From the NCBI GenBank assembly GCA_951406725.2, contig OX597814.1, positions 113,398,001 to 113,462,000 on the forward strand: a stretch of DNA of 64,000 nucleotides, in the 5' to 3' direction. Under the pieces are notes generated by a model. The model had not been told where the DNA came from. It searched no databases and saw only the letters and a list, made by a program, of their open reading frames with translations. The number at the start of each line of letters is the position of its first letter. Position 1 is the first letter of the stretch. Shown piece after piece: positions 1 through 12,745 of the stretch. The position numbers and the translations under genes are program-made. The DNA is from Octopus vulgaris. Its lineage: Eukaryota.

Positions 1-760
1 ATATATATATGTATATAAATATATATATATATATATACATACATACATACATACATACATACATACATACATACATACATACATACATACATACATACAT
101 ACATACATACGTACGTACATACATGCATAGATACATACATACACGTACATATAGATAGAGAGACAGAAAGATACATGCATCCATGCATACACAAATACGC
201 AGATATAATAACAGAATTTCTAATTAAATAGCGCTCTACACTACACACACACGCACATACACACACTATACCACATACACATACACTCGTAGATACATGC
301 ACGTATTCATACGCATGTGTGTGTATGTGTGTGTGTATGTATGTATACCTGTATATATGTATGTATGTATGCATATATGTATGTATGTATGCATATATGT
401 ATGTATGATGTATGTATGATGTATGTATGCATTTATGTATGTATGCATGCATATATGTATGTATGATGTATGTATGATGTATGTATGTATTTATGTATGT
501 ATGTATGTATGTATTTATGTATGTATGTATGTATGATGTATTTATGTATTTATGTGTGTATGTATATATGCATGTATGTATGTACGCATGTATGTATGTA
601 TTTATGTATGTATGCATGCATGTATATATGTATGTATTTATGTATGTATGTATTTATGTATGTATGTATACATGTGTATGTATGTATGTATGCATGTATT
701 TATGTATGTGTGTGTATGTATGTATGTATGTATGTATGTATGTATGTATGTATGTATGGT
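1..760. repeat. (TACA)n/(TATG)n microsatellite block, representative of dozens of (TA)n, (CA)n, (TACA)n, (GA)n, (TATC)n and trinucleotide tracts across the window
   Basis: Directly visible tandem repeats; they explain the [12 protein letters not shown]-type ORFs. Confidence 0.97.
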
Positions 761-1110
761 ATGCATGGAGAGACATTGAGATAAATAAAAGCCAAGTTGA
801 AAAAGACAGATGTTGCATACGTGTGAGGAAAGAAAGAAAGAAAGGAAAGAAGGAAGGAAGAAAGAAAGGAAGAAGGAAAGAAGGAAGGAAGAATGTCGAT
901 AGAAGGAAAAGAAAGAAAGAAGAGACTAAAGAAATGGAAGGAGTTGGAGTTGATGAGTTAATGGCGGTGGGGGGTTATATAATTTATTCTGGTCACATAT
1001 TTTGGATGGCGACACTGTTTCACGTTTCTAATGTTGAGAGTATCAGGAAAATTCATTTTCTGTGGTCGTTATGTCAACACATGTCATAAGTTTCCAGTTG
1101 TCATCACGCT

Positions 1111-1141
<31 letters not shown>

Positions 1142-1478
1142 ACAACAGCAGCAGCAGTAGCAACAGCAGCAAGGACCACCATCAGCACCACTAGCACCAT
1201 CACCACAGTCACCATCATTACCACCGCCACGACGACGACGACGACCACCACCACCATCATCGTCACCACCACCATTCGCAACAACAATCACGACATGGCC
1301 TATATTAATGAACACACACAAACAAATAGAGAAATAAACTCAAACCAGAAGTAATTAAGCCAGATTACACAGAAAATGCTTGGTTCCTGAGTCACAAGAA
1401 TTTCTGGTTAATTATGGAGAGATTTCGTGAGGTGACTTCTATTCTTTGCCCAGACTATGAGTTTCACTCAGGAAATCA

Positions 1479-1728
1479 TATTGGGTTGGTGCATAATTAT
1501 TGCGGCTTTTTTTCAACAAATTTATTCAACAAAAACAATAACAACATGTAACAAAAACATTTTTAAATGATTATTCCGGAGCATATTCTCCATCTACTTC
1601 AATTACTGCTTCCCATTTACATGGCTGGCGGTCAGACCGTCATTTAAAGATGTTTTTGTTAAATATTGTTTTTGCTGAATAAAATTTGTTGAATAAAATA
1701 CCCGCAATAATTATGCACCAACCCAATA
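1479..1728. mobile_element. Mariner-derived MITE (internally deleted element)
   Basis: TA-TTGGGTTGGTGCATAATTATTGCGG...CCGCAATAATTATGCACCAACCCAA-TA; about 90 bp imperfect inverted ends and TA flanks. The interior on the minus strand reads KWEAVIEVDGEY, like a mariner transposase C-terminus. Confidence 0.85.
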
Positions 1729-1924
1729 ATAAAGAGGACAACACTATTGAGATACGCGCCCCTATGTACGTAAGGTTTTGTTGTGTAGTTAAGAAGCTTG
1801 CTTAAGAACCTTAATACCATGTCAACATTGTAGAATTCTTGATTCTTCAGTTTATCTCCCCTTCTCAAGCGGAACTGGTCATAATTGCCATTTGGTAAGT
1901 TATGACACACCCTCAGAAATCATT

Positions 1925-2138
1925 CTTTTTTACTCTAGGCACAAGGACCGAAATTTTGGGAGAGTGGACCAGTCGATTAGATTGCTCCCAGTACGCAATT
2001 GGAACTTAATTTATCGACCCCGAAAGGATGAAAGGCAAAGTCGACCTCGGCGGAATTTGAACTCAGAATGTAAAGACGGACGAAATGCCGCTAGGCATTT
2101 TCCCCGAAGTGCTAACGATTCTGCCAGCTCGCCACCTT
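1925..2138 (-). mobile_element. tRNA-headed SINE, family A (head GGCGGCGAGCTGGCAG...)
   Basis: B-box GAGTTCAAATTCC and central GCCTTTCATCCTTTCGGGGTCGATAAA; more than 12 copies in the window. Confidence 0.85.
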
Positions 2139-2797
2139 ACTGATGACGGTGATTGAGATAGAAATACGTGTTCACGACTTTCCATTTATCTCCAAACAAT
2201 AAACTTGTCCTTTACCTTAATGCCATATCAACATTGGAAAATTCCTGATTCCTAAGTTTATCTCCCCTTCTCAAGCGGAACTGGTTATAACTGCTAATTT
2301 GGTAGTTATGACATACCCTCAGAGATCATTATAGCAAATCAAAAATTAATGTTGTATGATATTTGATATACCTACATTTGTCTGTGTTGTTTCAAATACA
2401 TGCCATTAGCCACTCTGTCTTATTTCTCTTACCTCATTTGTGCTTAGATTATGCAAATTACCCAAGCCATAAATCGTTCTCTTCCTTTTTGAATAAGTCT
2501 AAGTCCTTTGGCTACTGGGGATAAAGTCGGATAATTGTCGCGCTGGTATCGGCTATTGAGGTAGAAACACGTTCCGGAAACACGTGCAATGGCATGTCAG
2601 TTTTGGAGAATGCTTCAATCTTGAGATCATCTCCCTTGGTGGTCTTAATTATCAATTGGTAATTATAGTAAATCTGGAGTTGGAGATAATTTTAATAAAT
2701 CAAGAATTTTCGTTGAATGGTATTTGATATACAAGTTTCTATCGCTTGGTCGAATACGTATTTTAATTATTAGTACTCTCAAATTTATAACTGAAAT

Positions 2798-2871
2798 ACT
2801 ACACTGAAGACGGAAATAAGTGAGTAAAAATAAAATTTTACATCTCTTTAATCCAGAAACGCGTATGTGGT
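2798..2871 (+). ncRNA. Type I hammerhead ribozyme (family 1 element)
   Basis: ACUACA-CUGAAGA-(c)GGA..long stem II..UCC(a)-GAAAC-GC-GUA-UGUGGU; 6-bp stem I and palindromic ACGCGU stem III. Confidence 0.8.
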
Positions 2872-3147
2872 TGATCAAAGCCGGGTGGATTCGTTATTTT
2901 TTCTCTTTACCTACGTTAATTAAGAGTATTGCTGTCTAGGAGATATTTTGTGGTGGAGGAATAGTATTTAACTGCTATTCCTAAATTTCGGTATGTGATG
3001 AAGCAATTTGCTGCACCCTAATTGTAATTATGCTTATAATTATTGAGTTGTTGTACAAGGTTACCGATAATGGTTCTTTTAACATACCGAACTACTTGGT
3101 AAAATTATTAATTATTAATTAATTAATTTTACCCTTTATTATTATTG
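2798..3147 (+). mobile_element. HHR-containing non-autonomous retroelement, family 1 (5' limit uncertain)
   Basis: The HHR is followed about 280 nt later by the family tail ...CATACCGAACTACTTGGT...AATTAATTAATTTTACCCT, then a microsatellite. Confidence 0.75.
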
Positions 3148-3228
3148 ATAATATATGTGTGTGTGTGTGTGTGTATGTATATAAATATAAATATGTGTAT
3201 ATATATATATATATATAAATATGTGTAT

Positions 3229-3315
<87 letters not shown>

Positions 3316-3320
3316 TATAA

Positions 3321-3393
<73 letters not shown>

Positions 3394-3425
3394 TTTATTT
3401 TAAGCAGCAGAAAAATCAACAAAAT

Positions 3426-3463
3426 CTGTTACTCTGAGTTTCTCGTTGCCGTTCATCAGACAG
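3426..3463 (-). ncRNA. Minimal type I hammerhead ribozyme (mirror copy)
   Basis: Exact reverse complement of 3481-3518. Confidence 0.75.
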
Positions 3464-3480
3464 TTTTTGCTTAGCAAAAA

Positions 3481-3518
3481 CTGTCTGATGAACGGCAACG
3501 AGAAACTCAGAGTAACAG
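3481..3518 (+). ncRNA. Minimal type I hammerhead ribozyme
   Basis: CUGU-CUGAUGA-a-CG(GCAA)CG-a-GAAAC-UCAGA-GUA-ACAG; stem II is short and has a mismatched closing pair. Confidence 0.75.
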
Positions 3519-3622
3519 ATTTTGTTGATTTTTCTGCTGCTTAAAATAAAGCATATTACTCTACCACTGGTATTTGAGTACTCTTTTTTCCACCTTGTTT
3601 CACATTTATGTGTTTACTCCGG

Positions 3623-3655
<33 letters not shown>

Positions 3656-5509
3656 AGAGTGAGAAATTAGATATTCAATAAACATCGATTTTACACCAGT
3701 GGTCTAGCATATAAAAAACTGAAGGTTCAGTAAAATTGTATTATATACATATTAGAGGGAAACCTCTATGTATGTGTATATATATATATATGTATAAATG
3801 TAGAAGCTGGGCTTCTATACAAGTTCTATCTAAATTCCATTCATAAGGTATTAGACTAAAGCCTTCGCTGAAGACACCGTAAAGCGAGATGAAACTTAGG
3901 ACCATGCGATAAAGAGATGCGATGAGACTTTCAGAGCCACATAAACCCTGCTGGTGATCATTGTATTATAATTGATTAGCGTTATAGTTAATTACGACAA
4001 CTGATTAGGAACATTATAGTTAATTAGATCAACCGATTAACTTCATAGTTAATCAGAAAAAAAACACGGTTTTTATCTTGTTTTAAATTGTCGCCAGTTT
4101 TTTTTTAAGTAGCTGTTTTCTTCACATATCAGATTCATGTGTTCTGGTTGCAGTTACAGAAGAAGGGTTGCCAAGTAGAACACGATCAACCCGCCACCCC
4201 TCTTAGCTTTCGACAGCACCCCAAGAGGCGCCTGGCAATATAAGATAGGGGAGGGCTTGGGATAGTAAAACAAGGAATACTATCACTGACAAATTGATTC
4301 AGAGCTGCTTGAAGTTTCTTTGGGAGGTCAGCACAATGGTATTAGAAACTTATTCTCTGCCTTTATTCAACGCCTTTGCCGTCGTCCAACTCCTGGTAAC
4401 CCCTGCCGTTTATAACAAATTAAATAAATAAATAAAAAGAGACGGGACTGAGTGTTCTATGGCGATCATTTTCAGCTAAACCCCAACGGACTGTTAATGA
4501 TATACTGTGTATATATGTGTGTGTGTGTATGTATGTGTATGTGTGTATAGAATGTATGAAGGTGTGTGTCTGTGCATGTATGTATGTATGTATGTATGTA
4601 TGTATGTATGTATGTATGTATGTATGTGTGTATATGTGTTTGTGTGTATGTGCGTATGTATGTGTGAATGTGTGTATGTATGTGCGTGTGTATGTGTGTA
4701 TGTATATATGTGTTTTGTATATGCATGCATGTGTTTGTGTGTATCTATGTATGTATGCATATTTGTATGTGTGTATGTGTTTGAGTGTATACATGTATGT
4801 GTGTATGTATGTGTGTGTATGTACGTGTATGTATGTATATGTGTGTGTATATATGCATGTATGTGTGTGTATGTATGTATGTGTGTGTATGTATATATGT
4901 TTGCATATGTGTGTATTTATGTATGTATGTATAAGATTTTTTTTTAGCTTTATAAAAAAGAGAAAAATATATGTATGCATGTGCATGTGTGTGGATGTGT
5001 GTGTTTTGTCGGCTCGGTGCCATAGTAGAAGAGACTCGGGTAAGGTGTCACACAATTGGACTGAACCCAAAGCATAGGATTGGAAATCCACGCCTGCGTC
5101 TGTATAAGCATCCACCTTCTTCCTTGCTGGTCGTGTGACGACAGGGTTGCTTGCGTCAGCCAGGGTTAGAAAAGGACCTGCTTCTGAATGAAATAAATTA
5201 GCTGTTTACCCTTGGTTTCAGAGAAAGCAACAGGGTTACCTTTGAAACCAGGGATTGGCAACTTTAGTCGAAAAAATCGACACCAGTACTCATTCTTTGT
5301 AAGCCTAGTACTTATTATATCGGTCTCTTTTGCCGAACCGCTTAGTTATGGGAACGTAAACATACCAGCATCAGTTGTCAAGCGATGCTGGAGGACAAAC
5401 ACAGACACACAAATATATACACACACGTCTCAAAGACAGGTCAATTCCTCCGATATTTTGTAAATTCTTAAATATATCTCCTTCTATGTGTGTATATATA
5501 TATATATAT

Positions 5510-5556
<47 letters not shown>

Positions 5557-6169
5557 CCTAAAAAAAACATGATTTTTATTGAACTCATAATACTTTTTGT
5601 TGAGTACTTTCTTAAATAGTTTCTTGTAAACAGTTTTTAACATTTTCTTATTATTATCAAAGAATGTATAACTGTATTTTAATACTTTTCTGAAAACCAG
5701 TACTTAACACAACAAAGCTCAAACAAAGCTTTATATTTTACTTGTGACAATCTTTTTCTAAAAAAGTGAAACCGGTCAACTCAATAAATTGTGAGTGGAT
5801 TTGGTAAACGGAAACTGAAAGAAACCCGTTGTATATGTAACGAAGATGTACAGGTGTCAATGTAAAAGTGTCAATTCAATGAATTGACACCTGTATATCT
5901 TTGTTACTTATTTATATTTTGTTGACCTAACTTGGAATCTGCACTTCGGAAATACTATAGAAAGTACCTTTATATAAAAAGTACACGTCTGAATTACCAA
6001 GAGCGGATATCTTCACTTAGCTGGGTTGAGTTGTCTGCACACACGACAGTAATATTAAGAAATAGAGATAAATCAATTACTAATTATATTTATTAATTAC
6101 AAAAATAGACATAATCCCTAACAGCTGTTTCATGAGTATCTATCCATCTATCTATCTATCTATCTCTAG

Positions 6170-6353
6170 GGGTATGAGTGGCTGTGTGGTGGCGCAGAAG
6201 TGGTTGTATGGTAAGTAGTATGCTTCCCATCCATATGGTTCCGGGTTCAGTCTCACTGCGTTGCACCTTGGGCAAGTGTCTTCTATTACAGCTTCGGACC
6301 GACCACAGCCTCATGAGTGGATTTGGTAGAGGGAAACTGAACGAAGCCTGTCG

Positions 6354-6394
<41 letters not shown>

Positions 6395-6602
6395 ACACAT
6401 GTGTATCTGTTTGTCCCACCACCATCGCTTGACACCCGGTACTGGTGTATTTATGTCCCCGTAGCTTAGCGGTTCGGCAAAAAAGAGCGATAGATTGAGT
6501 AGTAGGCTTACAAAGAATAAGTCCTGGGGTTGATTTGTTCGACGAAAGGCGGTGCTACAGTATGGCCGCAGTCAAATGACAAACAGGTAAAAGAATAAAA
6601 GA
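6170..6602 (+). mobile_element. tRNA-headed CORE-like SINE, family B, with internal microsatellite
   Basis: A/B-box-like TGGCTGTGTGG and GGTTCAGTC, CCTTGGGCAAGTGTCTT core, 3' ...GGCCGCAGTCAAATGAC; more than 15 copies in the window. Confidence 0.85.
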
Positions 6603-7043
6603 ATATATATGTGTATATATTCCTCCCCACAACTACGAAACTCTACAAAATGATTAAATTCCTCACAAAGGAATTAATTTGATTTGAAAACCCCACTAGA
6701 ATGGGAGAAAGCGCTAATAATCTGAATGATATGATCTGAATGATATGATATATATATGTAAAAAATGTAATATATAAATAAATATCTATAAATATGAACC
6801 ATCTGATCTTCTGATTACCCCATTTCTTCTAATATATATATATATATATGACCAGTGAACAGTAATTGATGAAACCGGTATGACTTTGAATCTCTTTAAC
6901 AATTCATAATAATGACTTTTATTCCTCTTAATTCTACCTCAGTTCATCTAATTGTAGTTATTTATCGCTACTTTTCATAAAAAAGACTTTATTAATTTTT
7001 TTTATATTCAATATGCATTTTCGCTTTTTTATTCTTACTTTCC

Positions 7044-7081
<38 letters not shown>

Positions 7082-7086
<5 letters not shown>

Positions 7087-7957
7087 TGAGGGTAAAATTA
7101 ATTAATTAATCAATTTCACCGAGTGTTCAGTATGTAAAAGGACCATTTAAGGTGAATTCAAAATATTACATTATATAATTAGGGCTTAGTAAAATAAATT
7201 ACTTTGCCACATACTGAACTAAGTAGAAATAGCAGCCAAAAAATTTTTTTAGCCATTTCTACAACTTAAAGAAAATTTCTCTCAGATAATGTTTACTCTA
7301 GACAGCTCACGGAGGTTTTGAGGTAAATACAGAAAAATATCACAAGTACATAGATCGTTTGAGTACGTCAACGTTTCAAGATTAGCCAAATAAAATCAGC
7401 ATTTCTTTCGTCAGCTCAAAATTTCTTAATTTGGATTTGGAAACACTAAAAAGAAGGAACTTTACCTATCAACGAACTTGTCGCTTCAGATGAACCACTC
7501 CAACTAACAGTGTCAACAAGTTCAAAATGCGCAGGCGTAAATCTCTGCACTCCCCTTCCACCCACGTGGTCTATCTAGCAAACATTATATTTTAACCGCG
7601 AGAACCGAGGCAGTATGACAGAGAGAAATGAATTATAATATCAACAATTGAGGGTAAAATTAATTAATTAATCAATTTCACCGAGTGTTCAGTATGTAAA
7701 AGGACCATTTAAGGTGAATTCAAAATATTACATTATATAATTAGGGCTTAGTAAAATAAATTACTTTGCCACATACTGAACTAAGTAGAAATAGCAGCCA
7801 AAAAAATTTTTTTAGCCATTTCTACAACTTAAAGAAAATTTCTCTCAGATAATGTTTACTCTAGACAGCTCACGGAGGTTTTGAGGTAAATACAGAAAAA
7901 TATCACAAGTACATAGATCGTTTGAGTACGTCAACGTTTCAAGATTAGCCAAATAAA

Positions 7958-7959
<2 letters not shown>
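7082..7959 (-). mobile_element. Family 1 HHR element: about 1.56 tandem copies of a ~562-bp unit inside (TA)n
   Basis: 7082-7396 is repeated almost identically at 7644-7959; no significant ORF; flanked by (TA)n. Confidence 0.9.
7358..7420 (-). ncRNA. Type I hammerhead ribozyme
   Basis: UUUGAG-CUGACGA-AAGA..UCUU-GAAAC-GUUGAC-GUA-CUCAAA; perfect 6-bp stem I and 4-bp stem II base. Confidence 0.88.
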
Positions 7960-7995
<36 letters not shown>

Positions 7996-8001
7996 GTATA
8001 T

Positions 8002-8056
<55 letters not shown>

Positions 8057-8207
8057 TACGCATATATATACATATATATGTATATATACGTGTATATATA
8101 CACATACACACGCATATATGTGCAGAGAAACATAAAGATAGTGGAGGAAAGAGAGTGAGTGTGAGTGAGTGAGTGAGTGAGTGAGTGAGTGAGTGAGTGA
8201 GGGGGAA

Positions 8208-8278
<71 letters not shown>

Positions 8279-8691
8279 CTCGGACCACACAAGGCCTCTG
8301 CTGTCGACACTTTGGAATGACCTGTAAATACCATTAGCAAAGAACTTAAAAGGAAAACAGCGGAATCATCTGGAAGCGAAACTTAGTTCTCTATGGCCGA
8401 CCGCCATTTAATTGTGAATTATATGCTTTTTGAGGGTAAATGAAAAAGAAAAACAAACATTTAATTTGATATCAAACACCGCTTCTGTTGCAGCGACTAC
8501 TAACCCGCAATCTACCGGCTGGTGTTCGCGCTGAGGTTGCTCTGCTTGATGTTTTTGTTATTGTTCTTGTTGTTGTTTATTGGTGTTGTGGATGTTATTT
8601 TTTTTGTGTTTTGTTTTGTTTTGTAAAGAAAAATTTCTCTGCTACGCTTCTATGTACTTCGTTCATTCAGAGACACTGCTGCTGCTGCTTC

Positions 8692-8727
<36 letters not shown>

Positions 8728-8765
8728 CACCACCACCACCACCACCACCACCACCACCTCCATTG

Positions 8766-8811
<46 letters not shown>

Positions 8812-9284
8812 CACCACCTCCATTGCTACTACTACTACTACTACTACTACTACTATGACGACGACGACGACGAGATGACGACGACGACGACCACCACCAC
8901 CACCACCACCACCACCACCACTACTATTACTAAAAGGTTCACCGTCTGATCGAAGATTATTCATGGGGATACAGTCATTTCTGTATCCTGTAAACATTGA
9001 TGATAATGATGATGATGATGTTGATGATGGTAATGATGATGCTGGTGATGTGACGGTGATGGTGGTGATGATGATGATGATGATGATGATGATAGCGATG
9101 ACAATGATGATGACGACGATGATGAGGATGATGGATCACGACTACGAAATCGATATCGATCGTGATGATGACGAGAAAAACGGGGATTTTCAGATTTTAT
9201 TCACGTCCAAGCATTTTGGAGAAGACGAAGAAGAAGAAGAAGAAGAAGAAGAAGAAGAAGAAGAAGAAGAAGAAGAAGAAGAAG

Positions 9285-9317
<33 letters not shown>

Positions 9318-10193
9318 AACTAAAAGAAGCGAAACGATTTAAATCTAAAAATAAATTCCTTCCCCCACCCCGTGAACTATTGGTGCGAATCTCTCCGTGG
9401 GTGGTGGTGGCGAGAGGGGGCAGAATGTAAACATCAAACAAATTTAGAATAAGGAACCGTAGCTTCTAAGAATCCCCGTTAATTAGTCCCCTACCACCAC
9501 CCACCCATCACTACCACCTACCCATCACTAACACCATCGCAACCACCACCACCACCACCACCACCAATTTGGTATTTTGTGAGGCAGAAACAATAATAAA
9601 CGACACTTAATATTTGGTGTCAATAATAAAAAAAGTAAAAACCGAAAAAGCTGAAGAGCTCTTTTACAGTAGGTTTACCATTTGGGAACCGACACGGGCC
9701 CACGAGGGGAAGGGCTCTACATGGTCGATCAGTGTGCTAGAGATAGGAGTTATGTTTGCATAAAATCGTGCACTACTTTCTTAAAAAATAAAGGTAGGAC
9801 GCATAAAATATTAAATCTAATCCAACATAACCTTAGATGACATGATGGCCCCGGTTGGAAAGTATTGTTTATAGGCCTGCCGGATCAGGGCTAATCTTTT
9901 TGGCATGGGAATAAACAACAACAACACCAACAACAACTACAGAAATCGATGGCGCATGAACTTAGGATTGTATTATGTATTGAATCCTTCCTTTCTGATG
10001 ACAGTAATGTTGGCTATGACGGAGATTTGGCTGATGTTTCTAGCACTCCAAGATATCACCTTTAGGATTCCGTCATCGGTTGAGAGAAACCTAAACCTCA
10101 ATCAGTGCTACTTTTAGAAATGCCATCGCTGCTACCAGCACCACCAGCATCACCAACAACATCACCACCACCACCACCACCACCACCACCACC

Positions 10194-10229
<36 letters not shown>

Positions 10230-10899
10230 TCACCACCACCACCAACAACATCACCACCACCAGCAACAACATCACCACCACCAGCAATAACAACAATACC
10301 TCCATTTCCACCATCCCCCCACCACCACTACCAACAACAACAACAAAACCTCCAGCAGCAGCAGCAGCAGCAGCACCACCACCACCACCACCACCACCAC
10401 CATCGCTACTATTAGCACCGCCGCCAGTGGTGGTGGCAACAATACCATACGCTGTGATGGCGAAAAGCTTCAATATATAACAACAATTTTATTTTATGGA
10501 AGATGTGTTTGACCCATGGTTAATTCAAATCAAGCAGATTTATGAGCATGGCCGTTCCAGCAGTGGCAATATGGGTTACGACTGTCAGTAGGCTGAATGT
10601 TCACATAGTGGCTCCGATTTTGTGATGCTCCAGCTTGGTTTGAACCGCGATGAATAAAACTAAATAACATTACTTATGATAACGTTTCGACCTCTAGGAA
10701 AGATTGACCATCGACAGTTTAGTCTTTTTGCTGTGAAGGGGCTTGGTCTAGTGGCTACTGTATCAGCTAACGATCATAAGGTCACAGTTTCAATTCCTGA
10801 ACCAGCCAGACGCATTGTGTCCTTGGGCAAGGTACGTCATTCAACGTTGGCCCAGTTTACTAAGCTGTAAATGTGCACCAACCGCATGCTTTTGAGGAA

Positions 10900-11240
10900 A
10901 CGAGGAAGTCGATTACAACTGGTACTTATTTTTATTGACCCCGAAAGGCTGAAAGGCAAAATCGACCTCGGCGGAATTTGAGCTCAGAACATAAAGACGG
11001 GCGAAATGGCGCTAAGCATTTTGTCCGGCGCGCTAACAATTCTGCCAGGTCATTGCCCTTTGAAAATATTCTTTTTTACTCTTGGCACAAGGCCCGAAAT
11101 TTTTGAGGAGGTGGGGCCAGTCAATTAGATCGACCCCTGTACGTAATTGGTGCTTAATTTATTGACCTCGAAAGGATGAAAGGCAAAGTCGAACTCGGTG
11201 GAATTTGAACTCAGAACGTAACGGCAGACGAAATACCGTT
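10900..11240 (-). mobile_element. Two adjacent family A SINEs
   Basis: GACCCCGAAAGG(A/C)TGAAAGGCAAA...GGAATTTGA(A/G)CTCAGAAC occurs twice. Confidence 0.8.
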
Positions 11241-11779
11241 ATGTACCTACTGTAAAACTTGTAACTCCACTACGACAGGGATAGATTCAGAGAGGAATAG
11301 GGGGATGCACCCCACCCCTACCAACCAAGAAACTTTTCAAGTTTGTTTTGTTTAAAGATGCAAAGAATATTTTTACATTAGCAACAAACAACCCTTGAAG
11401 GGTTCAATATAAAAACGAATGTTTTCAGTATCTCTGGACATATTACACTGTCATTTCATTGATCAATTGCAATGATTCAGACCTCAGACCCACCTACTCC
11501 ACCCCTATCACAAATTTCTGGATCCACTCCTGCACTACAATACTCCAGTTCGAATATTCACTATTCGGCCTAGCAGTGATTTTTATTTTCACGTGTTTCG
11601 TCAGAAAGGTTCTTGGCTAATTAATAGTGTTTCAGTTCACACAAGTGGACAGGGCTACAGCTGCTGCTGTATTTTAAGATTTTGGTAGTATTGTATGTAG
11701 ACTCATACAGCACTTTTTTTTTTGCCTCAATCAAAGAAAAAAAAACTAAACTCCACAACAGGAAATTTATTGTGAGAAA

Positions 11780-12147
11780 TACCACATGGTTCCGGGTTCA
11801 TTCCCACTGCGTGGCTCCTTGGGCAAGTGTCTCCTACTATAGCCTCGGGCCGGCCAAAACCTTGTGAGATTCGGTAGACGGAAACTGAAAGAAGCCCGTC
11901 GTATATATGTATATATATATATGTATGTGTATATATGTTTGTGTGTCTGTGTTTGTCCCCCAGCATCGCTTGACAACCGATGCTGGTGTGTTTACGTTCC
12001 CGTAACTTAGCGGTTCGGTAAAACAGACCGATAGAATAAGTACTAGGCTTATAAAGAATAAGTCCTGGAGTCAATTTACTCGACGAAAGACGGTGCACCA
12101 GTATGGCCGCAGTCAAATGAGTGAAACAAGGAAAAGAGCAAAGAGTT

Positions 12148-12184
<37 letters not shown>

Positions 12185-12629
12185 GTATGTGCGTGTCTTT
12201 GCGTCTGTTTTTGTCCCTCCAACGTTTGACAATCAATGTTGGCGTGTTTATGTCCCCGAAACCTATCGATTCGGCAGAAGAGACCGATAGAATAAGTACT
12301 AGGCTTACAAAGAATAAGTCCTGGGGTTGATTTGATCGACTAAAGGTGCTCCAGCGTGGCTGCATTCAAATTAATTATTAATTGTTACGATGTGAATATC
12401 TAATATTTTTAATAGGCATGCCTTTGCGACTATTAAAGTTTCAAAGTGTTTAGTTAAAACAAAAATTAATTAAAAGAATCTGGCCGTCAAATTGAATAGA
12501 TCCATTCTTTGTAAGCCTAGTACTTATTCTATCGGTGTCTTTTGCCGAACCGCTAAGTTTCGGGGATGTAAAACACCAACATCGGTTGTCGAGTGATGAT
12601 GGGAGGACAAACACAGACACAGACACACA

Positions 12630-12666
<37 letters not shown>

Positions 12667-12745
12667 TAGGTTTCTTTCAGTTTCCGTCTACCAATTCCAC
12701 TCACAAGGCTACCGTCGGCCCCCGAGGCTATAGTGAAAGACACCG
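11780..12745. mobile_element. Cluster of family B SINE copies (two on +, one on -)
   Basis: Matches the 6170-6602 and 26395-26795 copies. Confidence 0.8.

Larger units (their letters stand above)
3393..3622 (+). mobile_element. HHR element with perfect 79-bp-arm palindrome plus 3' tail, inside (TA)n (family 2)
   Basis: 3393-3471 is the reverse complement of 3473-3551; unpaired tail at 3552-3622; (TA)n on both sides. Confidence 0.85.

Noticed and set aside
3960-4055. Short ~32-bp periodic repeat (TGATTA...ATAGTTAAT) as a CRISPR-like array
   Set aside because: Only about three degenerate units, no unique spacers, and a eukaryotic context.
5838-5908. Hairpin as a miRNA precursor (also 25676-25818 and 47610-47718)
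   Set aside because: No conserved miRNA recognised; better explained as transposon-associated inversions, although small-RNA data could change this.
7082-7959. LTR retrotransposon or TRIM interpretation
   Set aside because: No TG...CA ends, PBS or target-site duplication seen, and the relative at 58876 has different repeat boundaries, which fits permutation of a unit.
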